Assembly: GCA_046735355.1 (NCBI GenBank)
Contig: JBKPTC010000076.1
Location: 1 to 59,790 of the forward strand
Origin: a bacterium
Lineage (GTDB): Bacteria; Actinomycetota; UBA4738; HRBIN12
Length of the DNA: 59,790 nucleotides
Reading direction: 5' to 3'
The notes beneath the pieces were generated by a model, which was not told where the DNA came from, ran no database searches, and saw only the letters and a program-made list of their open reading frames with translations. Positions 30,091 to 40,519 of this stretch are shown here, one piece after another. Position numbers and translations under genes: made by a program. How positions within the stretch are numbered: the first letter of the stretch is position 1; each line of letters opens with the position of its first letter.

Positions 30091-31623
30091 ATGGCACCCG
30101 TGATCGCCGGGGTCGTGGCCCTGGTCCTCGGGGTGGCGATCGGCTTCGTCGTCCGAAAGACGATGGCGCAGTCGCAGGCCCAGAGCGCCGAGTCGCGAGC
30201 CCAGAAGGTGGTCCTCGACGCGGAGCGCGAGGCGGAGCAGGTGGTCCGCACCGCGCTCGTCGAGGTCAAGGACGAGATCGCCGCGATGCGGCGCGAGGCC
30301 GAGGAAGAGGTTCGGATCCGGCGCGAGGAGCTGTCGCGCCAGGAGAGCCGCCTCACGCAGAAGGAGGAGAGCCTCGAGGGCAAGCTGACGGATCTCGACC
30401 GCCGCTCCCGCGAGATGGACGACCGCGACCTCCAGCTGCAGAAGGTGCGGCAGCATCTCGAGCACGCGGCGGAGCAGCATCGGCAGCGGCTCCAGACCGT
30501 CGCGCAGATGACCTCGCAGGAGGCGCGCGAGGCGCTCATGGCGCAGGTCGTCGACGAGGCCAAGCGCGCCGCGATGGCGCAGGTGCGCGAGATCGAGCAG
30601 CGAGCCCGCGAGGAGGGTGAGGAGCGCGCCCGGAAGATCGTCACGATCGCGATCCAGCGCGTCGCGTCCGAGCAGACGAGCGAGTCGACGGTGAGCGTCT
30701 TCTCGCTGCCGTCGGAGGACATGAAGGGCCGCATCATCGGCCGCGAGGGCAGGAACATCCGCTCGTTCGAGGCCGTGACCGGCGTGAACCTCATCATCGA
30801 CGACACGCCCGAGGCCGTGGTCCTCTCGTGCTTCGATCCCGTTCGTCGCGAGACCGCCCGGCTGACGCTCGAGAAGCTCGTGTCCGACGGCCGCATCCAT
30901 CCCGCTCGCATCGAGGAGACGTACGAGCGCTCGCAGAAGGAGATCGAAGAGCAGATCCGGCGCGCCGGCGAGGAGGCGGTCCTCGAGGTCGGCGTGACCG
31001 ACATGCACCCGGAGCTCATAAAGCTGCTCGGACGGCTGCAGTTCCGGACGTCGTACGGCCAGAACGTGCTCCGGCACCTGATCGAGTCGGCGCACATCGC
31101 GGCGGCCATCTCGGCTGAGCTCGGGCTGGATCCGCGCGTCCCCAGGCGCGGCGCGCTGCTCCACGACATCGGCAAGGCCGTGACGCACGAGGTCGAGGGG
31201 TCCCACGCCATCATCGGCGCCGAGATCTCACGGCGCCTCAAGGAGTCGCCGGAGGTCGTCCACTGCATCGAGTCGCATCACGGCGAGGTCGAGCAGCGGA
31301 CCGTCGAGGCCGTGATCGCGCAGATCGCGGACGGCATCTCCGGCGGACGTCCCGGCGCGCGCCGCGAGTCGCTCGAGACGTACGTCAAGCGGCTCGAGCG
31401 CCTCGAGGAGATCTGCACCAGCTATCCGGGCGTCGAGAAGGTCTACGCGATGCAGGCCGGTCGCGAGGTCCGCGTCATGGTCAAGCCGCAGGACATCGAC
31501 GACCTCTCGGCGCAGGTCATGGCGCGCGACATGGCGAAGCAGGTCGAGGAGGAGCTCCAGTACCCGGGGCAGATCAAGATCACCGTCGTCCGGGAGACGC
31601 GGTCGGTCGAGTACGCCCGGTAG
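30091..31623 (+). CDS. rny: Ribonuclease Y
   Basis: N-terminal TM, coiled coil, KH (MKGRIIGREGRNIR), HD domain (LLHDIGK), RPGARRE. Confidence 0.97.
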   Translation: MAPVIAGVVALVLGVAIGFVVRKTMAQSQAQSAESRAQKVVLDAEREAEQVVRTALVEVKDEIAAMRREAEEEVRIRREELSRQESRLTQKEESLEGKLTDLDRRSREMDDRDLQLQKVRQHLEHAAEQHRQRLQTVAQMTSQEAREALMAQVVDEAKRAAMAQVREIEQRAREEGEERARKIVTIAIQRVASEQTSESTVSVFSLPSEDMKGRIIGREGRNIRSFEAVTGVNLIIDDTPEAVVLSCFDPVRRETARLTLEKLVSDGRIHPARIEETYERSQKEIEEQIRRAGEEAVLEVGVTDMHPELIKLLGRLQFRTSYGQNVLRHLIESAHIAAAISAELGLDPRVPRRGALLHDIGKAVTHEVEGSHAIIGAEISRRLKESPEVVHCIESHHGEVEQRTVEAVIAQIADGISGGRPGARRESLETYVKRLERLEEICTSYPGVEKVYAMQAGREVRVMVKPQDIDDLSAQVMARDMAKQVEEELQYPGQIKITVVRETRSVEYAR

Positions 31624-31633
31624 CCTGGACGCC

Positions 31634-32989
31634 GTGACCGCACCGGCCGGCGAGCGCCGCTATCTGCTGCGCACCTTCGGGTGCCAGATGAACGAGCACG
31701 ACTCGGAGCGGATCGCCGGGTTGCTCACCGCCGACGGGTACGTGCCGACTCCGGACGCCGTCGATGCCGAGGTAGTCATCTTCAACACGTGCGCGATCCG
31801 TGAGAATGCCGACAACCGTCTGTACGGCAACCTCGGCCACCTCCGGCCGCTCAAGCAGCGGAACCCGCGGATGCGCATCGTGGTCGCGGGGTGCCTGGCC
31901 CAGAAGGACCAGGGTCGGATCCAGGAGCGCGCGCCGTGGGTCGACGTGGTCGTCGGCACCCACGCGCTTCCGGGCCTGCTGGAGCTGATCCGGCGGTCCG
32001 AGGACGACGGCCCCCAGATGGACGTCCGCGAGCAGACCGAGGTGTTTCCGAGCGCGCTGCCGGCCCGTCGCGACGTCGCGCATCACGCGTGGGTCTCGAT
32101 CGCCGTCGGCTGCGACAACGCGTGCACGTTCTGCATCGTGCCGCTGGTCCGCGGCCCACAGCGCTCGAGGTCGATCGGCGACGTCCTCGCCGAGGTGCAG
32201 GCGCTCGCCGCGCGCGGCGTCGTCGAGGTCACGCTCCTCGGCCAGAACGTCAACACGTACGGCCGCGATCTGACGGTTCCCGGCTCCAGCCGCCGCCCGC
32301 TGTTCGCCGAGCTGCTTCGATCGGTGAACGAGGTCGAGGGCCTGCGCCGGATCCGGTTCACGAGCCCGCATCCGCACGACTTCACGCCCGACGTCGTCCG
32401 TGCGATGGCGGAGAGTGACAAGGTGTGCGAGCACATCCACTTCCCGCTGCAGTCCGGCTCGGATCGCGTGCTTCGCGCGATGCAGCGCTCGTATCGCAGC
32501 GACCGGTACCTCGGATGGCTCGATCGCATCCGCGACGCCATCCCCGACATCGCCGTCAGCACGGACGTCATCGTCGGCTTCCCCGGCGAGACCGAGGAGG
32601 ACTTCGAGGCGACGCTCGCCGTCGTCGAGCGTGCGCGGTTCGATCAGGCGTACACCTTCCAATACTCGCCGCGGCCGGGCACCCGCGCGGGTCAGATCCG
32701 CGATCAGCTGCCGAAAGACATCGTGCAGGAGCGGTTCGATCGCCTCGTCGCCCTGCAGGAGTCCGTCTCGCTGGGCAAGATGCGAACCGAGGTCGGCCGC
32801 GTGCACGAGGTCCTCGTCGAGGGCGTCGGCCGCAAGGGCGGGGCGCAGGGACGGACGCGAACCAACAAGGTCGTGCATCTCGACGTCGACGCGGCGCCCG
32901 GAACGTTCGTGCACGCGCGCATCCGCTCGGCGCATCCGCACCACCTCCTCGGCGAGCCCGTCCTTCGGGAGCCCGTTCCGGCGGCGTGA
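31634..32989 (+). CDS. miaB: tRNA-i6A37 methylthiotransferase
   Basis: TFGCQMNEHDSE, NTCAIRE, CDNACTFC radical-SAM motif, TRAM domain. Confidence 0.96.
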   Translation: MTAPAGERRYLLRTFGCQMNEHDSERIAGLLTADGYVPTPDAVDAEVVIFNTCAIRENADNRLYGNLGHLRPLKQRNPRMRIVVAGCLAQKDQGRIQERAPWVDVVVGTHALPGLLELIRRSEDDGPQMDVREQTEVFPSALPARRDVAHHAWVSIAVGCDNACTFCIVPLVRGPQRSRSIGDVLAEVQALAARGVVEVTLLGQNVNTYGRDLTVPGSSRRPLFAELLRSVNEVEGLRRIRFTSPHPHDFTPDVVRAMAESDKVCEHIHFPLQSGSDRVLRAMQRSYRSDRYLGWLDRIRDAIPDIAVSTDVIVGFPGETEEDFEATLAVVERARFDQAYTFQYSPRPGTRAGQIRDQLPKDIVQERFDRLVALQESVSLGKMRTEVGRVHEVLVEGVGRKGGAQGRTRTNKVVHLDVDAAPGTFVHARIRSAHPHHLLGEPVLREPVPAA

Positions 32990-33909
32990 TGTCCGGCGAA
33001 CCGCTGCTCGCGCTCGTCGGTCCGACGGCGTCGGGCAAGAGCGAGGCGGGGGTCGCGCTCGCCGAGTCGCTCGGCGGCGAGATCGTCTCGGTCGACTCGA
33101 CGACGGTGTATCGAGGGATGGATCTCGGCAGCGCGAAGCCGACCGTCGAGCAGCGCGCACGCATCCCACACCATCTCGTCGACGTCGCCGACCCCCACGA
33201 GCCCTTCACGGTCGCCCGGTATCAGCGTCTCGCACGCGCAGCGATCGACGCGGTCCGGTCGCGCGGCCGGCGGGTCCTGCTCGTCGGCGGCTCGGGTCTG
33301 TACTACCGGGCCGTCGTCGACGAGCTCTCGTTCCCTCCGACCGACGCGGCGACGCGCGCGGCGCTCGAGGACGAGGCCGCGCGCGTCGGTGCCGGCGCGC
33401 TGTACCGGCGACTCGAGGCGTCGGATCCGGAGGCGGCCGTTCGGATCGAGCCAGACAACGTCCGCAGGACGGTCCGCGCGCTCGAGGTGCCGGCCATCAC
33501 CGGGCGACGGTTCTCCGAGTTCGGCCGCGCGTGGGACGCGTATCCGCCGGGTCGCGTCCGCGCGGCCGGCATCGACGTGCCGCGGGCGGTCCTGGCCGAT
33601 CGCATCGAACGACGTGTGCGGGCCCAGATCGAGCACGGACTGGTCGACGAGGTGCGCGGCCTGCTCGACGGCGGACTGGAACGATCTCCGAGCGCGCGAC
33701 AGGCCATCGGGTACGCTGAGGTCGCGGATCATCTCGCCGGGCGATGCACCCTCGACGAGGCGATCGCGGGCACGGTGAGGCGGACGAAGGCGCTCGCCCG
33801 ACGTCAGATGGCGTGGTTCCGGCGGGATCCGCGCATCCGCTGGTTCGAGGCGGGCGAGGGCGGGGCCGCGGACGTCGTGGACGAGGTGCGGGAGTACCTG
33901 CGTGGCTGA
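32989..33909 (+). CDS. miaA: tRNA dimethylallyltransferase
   Basis: GPTASGKS, VYRGMDLGSAKP, VGGSGLY, ARRQMAWFR. Confidence 0.96.
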   Translation: MSGEPLLALVGPTASGKSEAGVALAESLGGEIVSVDSTTVYRGMDLGSAKPTVEQRARIPHHLVDVADPHEPFTVARYQRLARAAIDAVRSRGRRVLLVGGSGLYYRAVVDELSFPPTDAATRAALEDEAARVGAGALYRRLEASDPEAAVRIEPDNVRRTVRALEVPAITGRRFSEFGRAWDAYPPGRVRAAGIDVPRAVLADRIERRVRAQIEHGLVDEVRGLLDGGLERSPSARQAIGYAEVADHLAGRCTLDEAIAGTVRRTKALARRQMAWFRRDPRIRWFEAGEGGAADVVDEVREYLRG

Positions 33910-34783
33910 TCGAACCGTCTGGAAGTACCACGGGACGGGCAACGACTTCGTGCTGCTCGAGGACCTGGAGGACGAGCGGCCGCTCTCGCCGGCGCTCGTC
34001 GCCGCGCTCTGCGACCGGCACACGGGTGTCGGCGCCGACGGCGTGATCCGCGTCGTCCGCGGCGCGGCCTCGACGGGCGCCGCGTTCTTCATGGACTACT
34101 GGAACGCGGAGGGCGCGCCGTCCGAGATGTGCGGCAACGGCATCAGGTGTCTCGGCAAACTCGTGTTCGAGCGCGGGCACGTCGACGCGACCGAGTTCGA
34201 CGTGGACACCCGCGCCGGCGTGAAGCACCTGCGACTCGACGTCGACGACGGCGGGAGCGTCCGCTCGGTCACCGTCGGGATGGGCGCGCCGGTGCTTCCT
34301 CGCGGCCGCGTGCCGATGACGGGCGGCGACCCGGGCGAGCCGTTCCTGCTCGAGCCGTTCGAGCTCGACGGGCGGACCTACAAGGCGTCCGCCGTCTCGA
34401 TGGGCAACCCGCATCTCGTGCTGTTCGTCGAGGGCGATCCGGCCGACGTCGACGTCCACCGCATCGGGCCGTTGGTCGAGCGCGACCCGAGGTTCCCCAA
34501 CCGGACGAACGTGGAGTTCGTCGCGGTCGACGGTGACGGGCTGCGGCTGCGCGTCTGGGAGCGGGGCGTCGGCGAGACGATGGCGTGCGGCACCGGCGCG
34601 TGCGCCGCGCTCGTCGCGGCGAACGAAGCCGGCCTCGTCGGGCGCCGGGCGCCGGTGCGCTATCCGGGCGGCGAGCTGCTGGTCGAGCGGACCGACGAAC
34701 AGGTGTTCCTCACGGGACCCGCCGAGCGGGTCTTCGAGGCGACCCTCGACCCGGTGTGGCTCCGCTCGCGGGGGCTTGCGTGA
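33902..34783 (+). CDS. dapF: Diaminopimelate epimerase
   Basis: KYHGTGNDF, EMCGNGIRC, MGNPH, ERGVGETMACGTG. Confidence 0.97.
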   Translation: MADRTVWKYHGTGNDFVLLEDLEDERPLSPALVAALCDRHTGVGADGVIRVVRGAASTGAAFFMDYWNAEGAPSEMCGNGIRCLGKLVFERGHVDATEFDVDTRAGVKHLRLDVDDGGSVRSVTVGMGAPVLPRGRVPMTGGDPGEPFLLEPFELDGRTYKASAVSMGNPHLVLFVEGDPADVDVHRIGPLVERDPRFPNRTNVEFVAVDGDGLRLRVWERGVGETMACGTGACAALVAANEAGLVGRRAPVRYPGGELLVERTDEQVFLTGPAERVFEATLDPVWLRSRGLA

Positions 34784-35934
34784 GGATCGCGAGGCGCATC
34801 GAGAGCCTGCCGCCGTACCTGTTCGCGGGGCTCGACGCCAAGCTCGACGCCAAGCGCGCGGAGGGCGTCGACGTGATCTCGCTCGGCGTCGGCGACCCCG
34901 ACCGTCCGACGCCCGAGCACATCGTCGACGCGATGCGCGAGGCGCTCGCCGATCCCGCGACGCACCGCTATCCGTCGTACGTGGGAAGCCTCGAGTACCG
35001 GACGGCCGTCGCCGACTGGTACCGGTCGCGGTTCGGCGTCGAGCTCGATCCGGCGACCGAGGTCATGGCTCTGATCGGATCGAAGGAGGGCCTCGCGCAC
35101 CTCACCGTCGCGTTCGTCGACCCGGGCGACGAGGCACTGGTGCCCGACCCCGGCTATCCCGTGTACGCGGGTGGGACGCAGCTCGCCGGCGGGACCGTCG
35201 TCGACCTGCCTCTGCTCGCCGAGAACGGCTATCAGCCCGACTACGACGCGGCGCGCGTGTCGGCCCGCACGAAGATCCTGTGGCTCAACTATCCGTCGAA
35301 CCCGACGGCGGCCGTCGCGGAGCTCGACGACTTCGAACGCGCCGTCGCGTTCGGACGTGATCACGACCTGCTCGTCGCGCACGACGCCGCGTACTCCGAG
35401 ATCACCTTCGACGGCTACGTCGCGCCGTCGCTCCTCCAGGTGCCCGGCGCCACGGACGTCGCCGTCGAGTTCGGCTCCCTGTCGAAGCACTACAACATGA
35501 CCGGCTGGCGGATCGGCTACGTCGTGGGCAGCGCCGAGGCGATCCGGGCGCTCTCGATCGTGAAGACCAACCTCGACTCGGGGCAGTTCACCGCGATCCA
35601 GCGCGCGGCCGTCGCGGCGTTGTCCGGTCCGCAGGACCACCTCGACGTGCTGCGCGACGTCTATCGCGCGCGGCGCGACCTGGTCGTCGACACGCTGAAC
35701 TCACTCGGCTGGTCGCTCAAGCCGCCCCTCGGGTCGATCTACGTCTGGGCGCCCACGCGGGACGGGATGTCGTCGGCCGAGTTCGCCGACCTGCTGCTGG
35801 ACCGCGCCGGCGTCTTCGTCGCTCCCGGCAACGGGTACGGCGCGCGCGGCGAGGGCTACGTCAGGTTCGCGCTGAGCGTTCCGGACGATCGCCTGGCCGA
35901 GGCGATGGACCGGATCGGAAACGCCCTTGCCTGA
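34780..35934 (+). CDS. dapL: LL-diaminopimelate aminotransferase (class I/II PLP enzyme)
   Basis: LPPYLF..ISLGVGDPD.PTP, LIGSKEG, NYPSNPT, SLSKHYNMTGWRIG; coupled to dapF. Confidence 0.82.
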   Translation: MRIARRIESLPPYLFAGLDAKLDAKRAEGVDVISLGVGDPDRPTPEHIVDAMREALADPATHRYPSYVGSLEYRTAVADWYRSRFGVELDPATEVMALIGSKEGLAHLTVAFVDPGDEALVPDPGYPVYAGGTQLAGGTVVDLPLLAENGYQPDYDAARVSARTKILWLNYPSNPTAAVAELDDFERAVAFGRDHDLLVAHDAAYSEITFDGYVAPSLLQVPGATDVAVEFGSLSKHYNMTGWRIGYVVGSAEAIRALSIVKTNLDSGQFTAIQRAAVAALSGPQDHLDVLRDVYRARRDLVVDTLNSLGWSLKPPLGSIYVWAPTRDGMSSAEFADLLLDRAGVFVAPGNGYGARGEGYVRFALSVPDDRLAEAMDRIGNALA

Positions 35935-35964
35935 CCGCGCGGCCTCGCGCAGCGGGATGCGCTG

Positions 35965-37305
35965 ATGTCGCAGGACGGACGCCGCCGCGGCGAGCACCGC
36001 ACCACGACGCTCGAGTCGCCGCTGTCGGCCACCTGGACGCCGCGCGTCCGCGAGAAGGCGGTGCTCGTCGGCGTCGGTCCCGGCATCGCCGACGCCGACC
36101 TCGACGAGCTGTCCGCGCTCGCGGACTCCGCCGGCGCGGAGACGGTCGCGCGGGTCCTTCAGACGCGGGCCGATCCCGACCCGGCGACGTTCGTCGGAAA
36201 GGGGAAGCTCCGCGACATCCACGACGCCGTGCATCGGAGCGGCGCCGACGTGGTGATCCTGGACCGCGAGCTGTCGCCGGGCCAGCTGCGGAACCTGGAG
36301 GAGCGGCTCGGAACCAAGGTCATCGACCGAACCGCGTTGATCCTCGACATCTTCGCGTTGCACGCGCGCTCGCGCGAGGGCAAGGCGCAGGTGGAGCTCG
36401 CGCAGCTCAACTATCTGCTGCCGAGGCTCCGAGGATGGGGAGAGGCGCTGTCGCGGGCCGGCGGTGGCATCGGAACCCGGTTCGGCGGCGGCGAGACCAA
36501 GCTCGAGATCGACCGGCAGCACATCCGGCGGCGGATCAGCAAGCTCCGGAAGGACCTGAAGGAGCTCGCGCGCACACGCGACGTCAAGCGTGGCGCTCGC
36601 GAGCGCAGCGGCATCCCGCAGATCGCGATCGCCGGATACACCAACGCGGGGAAGTCGACCCTGATGCGCGCGCTGACGCAGGCGGACGTGATCGTCGCCA
36701 ACCAGCTGTTCGCGACGCTCGATCCGACGACCCGTCGCATCGAGCTGCCGAACGGCCGCGCCGCGACGCTGTCCGACACCGTCGGGTTCGTCTCCAAGCT
36801 TCCGCACGATCTCGTCGAGGCGTTCCGATCGACGCTCGAGGAGGTCTCGCGCGCGGATCTCGTCCTCCACGTCGCCGACGCGTCGTCGGACGACGTCGAC
36901 GGGCAGATCGCCGCGGTGCGCTCGGTGCTCGAGGAGATCGGCGCGGGCGAGGTCCCGGAGGTGCTCGCCCTCAACAAGTCGGATCTGCTCGACGCCGACG
37001 CGCTCGATCGCGTGACCGCGCGCGTCCCCCGCGGCGTGCCGATGTCCGCGTTGGCCGGCGACGGGCTCGACGCGCTGCTCGAGCGGATCGAGCGCGACCT
37101 CCCGCGTCCGCCCGTCGAGCTGCGCGCGCTCATCCCGTACGAGCGCGAGGATCTCGTCGCGCGCCTGCATCGCGACGCCGACGTCCTCGAGACCGAGCGA
37201 ACCGACGACGGCACGATCGTGCACGCACGTGTGGGCGATCGCGAGGCCGCCGAGCTGGAGCCGTTCATCCTGTCGTCGCGGCCCCGGCGCGCGACCGCGG
37301 GCTGA
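35965..37305 (+). CDS. hflX: GTPase HflX
   Basis: LILDIFA, GYTNAGKSTL, LFATLDPT, DTVGF, NKSD. Confidence 0.97.
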   Translation: MSQDGRRRGEHRTTTLESPLSATWTPRVREKAVLVGVGPGIADADLDELSALADSAGAETVARVLQTRADPDPATFVGKGKLRDIHDAVHRSGADVVILDRELSPGQLRNLEERLGTKVIDRTALILDIFALHARSREGKAQVELAQLNYLLPRLRGWGEALSRAGGGIGTRFGGGETKLEIDRQHIRRRISKLRKDLKELARTRDVKRGARERSGIPQIAIAGYTNAGKSTLMRALTQADVIVANQLFATLDPTTRRIELPNGRAATLSDTVGFVSKLPHDLVEAFRSTLEEVSRADLVLHVADASSDDVDGQIAAVRSVLEEIGAGEVPEVLALNKSDLLDADALDRVTARVPRGVPMSALAGDGLDALLERIERDLPRPPVELRALIPYEREDLVARLHRDADVLETERTDDGTIVHARVGDREAAELEPFILSSRPRRATAG

Positions 37306-37311
37306 CGAGGG

Positions 37312-38301
37312 TCAACGCGGCCGCGGCATCCCGATCGACCATAGATCCTCGTCCGCCCACGCGTCCGTGATGACGACGTCGGGGTTCTGACCCCGCTCGA
37401 GCGCGAACCGGAGCGCCAGGAGCTGCAACCTCGCCGTCAGCGGGATCTGCGCGAGGATCGGTGGTAGGTCCTCGCCCGTCTCGGACAGCCGCGTGACCGA
37501 GATGTCCTCGGACTCGGCCGCGTGCGCCACACCCTCGACGAGACCGTCGGTGTCCGGTGGCGACAGCGCGATCAACCGATCGGCGTCGGTGAGCGGCACG
37601 GCCGAGCCGTGCAGCAGGTACTCGACGTCATAGCCCTCCCCGAGGAAGCGCGAGGCTTCGCGCACCTTGAGCGCACCCTCTCGAGCCGTGACCGCCGCCG
37701 GCCCCTCGCCGAACAGCACCAGCGCGCGCGCGGGGATCGGGATCGCGTCGGTGCCCGGCGCGTCGATCGCCTCCTGGACGGCGTCGGGAACGCGGTCGAG
37801 CGCCTCGGCGCTGATCCGATCCGAGCCGAGCCCGGCCGCCAGCCGCGCGAGCAGCATCAGCACGGCCGTGTAGCTCACCGAGTACGTGTGCGACTGCTCC
37901 TTCGGCACGGTCTCGAGCGCGTGGGGGAGCCCGGATCCCTGCCGCGTGATCGCGATGACGCGCAGCCCGGCCTCGGTGGCGAGCGCGTACGCGGCCGACG
38001 CATAGGCCGTCTCGGCCCCCGCGTTGTGACTGATGAGGACGACCCCGTCGTCGCCGCCGACCGGAGGGGCCGCGTTCACGAACGCCATGGAGGACACCGC
38101 GGTGGCCGCGCGCCCGGCGTCGTGGAACATCATCGCGCCGAGCTCGGCGGCATGCAGGCTGGTCCCGGTTCCCACGAGCCAGATCCGCCGGCACTGCCGG
38201 AGCGCCTCTACCTGCGAGTGGAGGTCACCGGCGCGCGCGAGCCGGGCGAGCTGCTCGGGCTGGGAACGGATCGCGCGTTCGAGCTGCGTGGGTCCGGGCA
38301 T
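37312..38301 (-). CDS. Double SIS-domain sugar isomerase/deaminase (GlmS C-terminal-like)
   Basis: SQPEQL, LVGTGTSLHAA, AREGALKVRE, YLLHG, GQNPD. Confidence 0.8.
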   Translation of the reverse strand: MPGPTQLERAIRSQPEQLARLARAGDLHSQVEALRQCRRIWLVGTGTSLHAAELGAMMFHDAGRAATAVSSMAFVNAAPPVGGDDGVVLISHNAGAETAYASAAYALATEAGLRVIAITRQGSGLPHALETVPKEQSHTYSVSYTAVLMLLARLAAGLGSDRISAEALDRVPDAVQEAIDAPGTDAIPIPARALVLFGEGPAAVTAREGALKVREASRFLGEGYDVEYLLHGSAVPLTDADRLIALSPPDTDGLVEGVAHAAESEDISVTRLSETGEDLPPILAQIPLTARLQLLALRFALERGQNPDVVITDAWADEDLWSIGMPRPR

Positions 38302-38372
38302 GGTGGTCCCTCCTCGATGCGGAGACGCCGACGCTCGGGCCGGGCGTCGCATCGCCCGGCGACCGGCGGAGC

Positions 38373-38987
38373 CTAGAGCCTGCGGAGAACCGCCACCACC
38401 CTGCCGGCGATGCGGCCGTCGGTCATCTCGAACGGGTCGAGCGCCGGGTTCTCGGGAACCAGCACGACCCTGCCCGCCTTGCGCGAGAGCCGCTTCACCG
38501 TCGCTTCGTCCTCCGCGGGGCCTGGCAGGACGGCGACGACGATGTCGCCGGTGCTCGCGTCCTCCTGGCGCCGGACGATGACGACGTCGCCGTCGAAGAT
38601 GCCGGCGCCGATCATCGAGTCGCCCTGCACCCGGAGCGCGAAGTGGTCGGCGCCGTCGACGAACCCCATCGGAACGGGGACGTACTCCTCGACGTTCTGC
38701 TCGGCCAGGATCGGCGCGCCGGCGGCGATCCGGCCGACGAGCGGGACGACGGCGACCTCCGGCCGCGCCTCGGCGAGCCCGATCGCGCGTGGCTTGGTGG
38801 GATCTCGACGGAGCAGCCCCTTGCGCTCGAGGTTGGCGAGCTGGCTGTGCACGCTGGAGGAGGAGGTCAACCCGACGGCCTCACCGATCTCGCGGACGGT
38901 TGGCGGATAGCCCCGCTGCCTCACGGTGTCGGCGATGAAGGTCAGGATCCGCTCCTGCCGGGCGGTGACGGCCTGTTCGGACGGCAT
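38373..38987 (-). CDS. lexA: SOS repressor LexA
   Basis: GYPPTVREIG HTH, IAAG cleavage site, GDSM serine, EATVKR lysine. Confidence 0.98.
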   Translation of the reverse strand: MPSEQAVTARQERILTFIADTVRQRGYPPTVREIGEAVGLTSSSSVHSQLANLERKGLLRRDPTKPRAIGLAEARPEVAVVPLVGRIAAGAPILAEQNVEEYVPVPMGFVDGADHFALRVQGDSMIGAGIFDGDVVIVRRQEDASTGDIVVAVLPGPAEDEATVKRLSRKAGRVVLVPENPALDPFEMTDGRIAGRVVAVLRRL

Positions 38988-39047
38988 CTCGTGCTCCCCG
39001 CGATCGAGGGCCCGACCGGCCGGTCGCGATCGTTCGGCGGTGCCGGA

Positions 39048-39069
39048 TGTCAGAGCCCGTGGCTAGCGT
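39048..39069 (+). promoter_or_regulatory. RecA-NDp (PafBC-type) promoter facing the LysM gene
   Basis: TGTCAG-10 nt-TAGCGT, hexamers identical to the recA copy. Confidence 0.68.
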
Positions 39070-39073
39070 CGGG

Positions 39074-39176
39074 ACGGTAGCACGGCCCCGGAAAGGGTTC
39101 AAACATATGTTCGGTCGAAGGCTTGACGCCGAACGCGTGTTCGATAGGATGACCCCATGAATCGAACACGCGTTCG
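39074..39176. promoter_or_regulatory. Divergent lexA/LysM promoters with three LexA boxes
   Basis: CAAAC-ATAT-GTTCG 39100-13, CGAAC-GCGT-GTTCG 39130-43, CGAAC-ACGC-GTTCG 39163-76; minus TTGAAC-17-TACCGT; plus TTGACG-16-TAGGAT. Confidence 0.88.
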
Positions 39177-39441
39177 ACGTCGGCGGACGACGCTCGTCGC
39201 CACCGTCGCGCTGGTCGGCGGCGTGTGGGCGGGGCCGATCGCGCACGCGAGCGGCTCGGACGCGCGCCCGGTCGCGTCGCATCGGTACGTGGTGCGCGCC
39301 GGCGACACGGTGTGGGCGATCGCGACGCGCTTCTCGCGGGGCCAGGATCCACGCCCGTTGTCCGATGCCATCGCCTCGGCCAACCACGTACGGGCCGGCC
39401 TCGTCCGGCCCGGTCAGACGCTCGTCATCCCGTCCGCGTGA
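39157..39441 (+). CDS. LysM-domain protein, SOS division-inhibitor-like (YneA/ChiZ position)
   Basis: TM/signal then [21 protein letters not shown] LysM; divergent from lexA. Confidence 0.85.
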   Translation: MNRTRVRRRRTTLVATVALVGGVWAGPIAHASGSDARPVASHRYVVRAGDTVWAIATRFSRGQDPRPLSDAIASANHVRAGLVRPGQTLVIPSA

Positions 39442-40069
39442 CCGCATCCGTCGCCGCGTGGGCGGCCAGCTTCAGCTCCCGCCGCGCGACGACCCGATCG
39501 ACCACCCCGTAGGCGACGGCCTCCTCGGGCTCGAGGATGAAGTCCCGGTCGAGGTCCTCGTGCACGCGGTCGTACGGCTGGTGCGTGTGTTCGGCGAGGA
39601 TCTCCTCCATCCGGCGGCGCTGGCGAAGCACCTCGCGCGCGTGGATCTCCATGTCGGCCGACTGGCCCTGGATCCCTCCGTGCGGCTGGTGCAGCAGTAC
39701 GCGGGAGTTCGGAAGCGCGAACCGCTTTCCCGGCGCGCCGGCGGCGAGCAACACCGCCGCGGCGGATGCCGCCTGTCCCAGGCAGTAGGTCGCCACGTCC
39801 GCGGCGAGGAACTGCATCGCGTCGTAGATCGCGAACAGCGCCGTCACGTCGCCGCCCGGGGAGTTGATGTAGACGGAGATGTCGCCGGCACCCTGTGAAT
39901 CGAGATGCAGGAGCTGTGCGACGACGAGGTTCGCGAGGTCGTCGTCCATCACACGGCCGAGGAACACGACGCGTTCGCGCAGCAGCCGCGAGTAGATGTC
40001 GAACGCGCGCTCGCCGCGGTTGGTGTCCTCGACGACCGTCGGAACCAGGTTCGCGTGGCCGATCTGCAT
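39425..40069 (-). CDS. clpP: ATP-dependent Clp protease proteolytic subunit
   Basis: [22 protein letters not shown] (Ser), LLHQP (His), DRD; GGAGG RBS. Confidence 0.95.
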   Translation of the reverse strand: MQIGHANLVPTVVEDTNRGERAFDIYSRLLRERVVFLGRVMDDDLANLVVAQLLHLDSQGAGDISVYINSPGGDVTALFAIYDAMQFLAADVATYCLGQAASAAAVLLAAGAPGKRFALPNSRVLLHQPHGGIQGQSADMEIHAREVLRQRRRMEEILAEHTHQPYDRVHEDLDRDFILEPEEAVAYGVVDRVVARRELKLAAHAATDAVTRTG

Positions 40070-40092
40070 GTGAGCCTCCTCCGTCGTACGAT

Positions 40093-40154
40093 GCAACCTC
40101 ATGGTTGCGAAAGAGGCTACGACGCCGTTCGCCGAACAGCAACCGACGGGTTGC
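40093..40154. promoter_or_regulatory. Two palindromic operators GCAACC-N4-GGTTGC (probable ArsR sites)
   Basis: GCAACCTCATGGTTGC 40093-40108 and GCAACCGACGGGTTGC 40139-40154. Confidence 0.75.
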
Positions 40155-40156
40155 AC

Positions 40157-40519
40157 ATGAGCGACGCCGTCCGCCGGTCGATCGTCGTGCCGAACGACGC
40201 GAGCGAGGTATGGGCGGCGCTCACCGATCGCGAGCGCCTGCGCCTGTGGTTCGGGGGCGAGATCGATCTCGAGGCGCACGCGGGCGGCGAGGTTCGGGCG
40301 GCGTGGCCCGACGGCGCCCGGTCGGTCGGCTCGGTGGAGCTCGCCGAGGAGCCGGTCCGGCTCGTGTTCCGCTGGCGGCGGATCGACGGCGTGGGATTCG
40401 CGTCGTCCGTCGGCGACGCGACCCGTGTGACGTTCGAGCTCGAGCCCGTCGACGGTGGAACCAACGTCTCGGTGACTGAGGAGCCGGTCGAGCTCGCGAG
40501 CGCGGTGGGCGCACGGTGA
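40157..40519 (+). CDS. SRPBCC/AHSA1-like domain protein
   Basis: [29 protein letters not shown]. Confidence 0.85.
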   Translation: MSDAVRRSIVVPNDASEVWAALTDRERLRLWFGGEIDLEAHAGGEVRAAWPDGARSVGSVELAEEPVRLVFRWRRIDGVGFASSVGDATRVTFELEPVDGGTNVSVTEEPVELASAVGAR

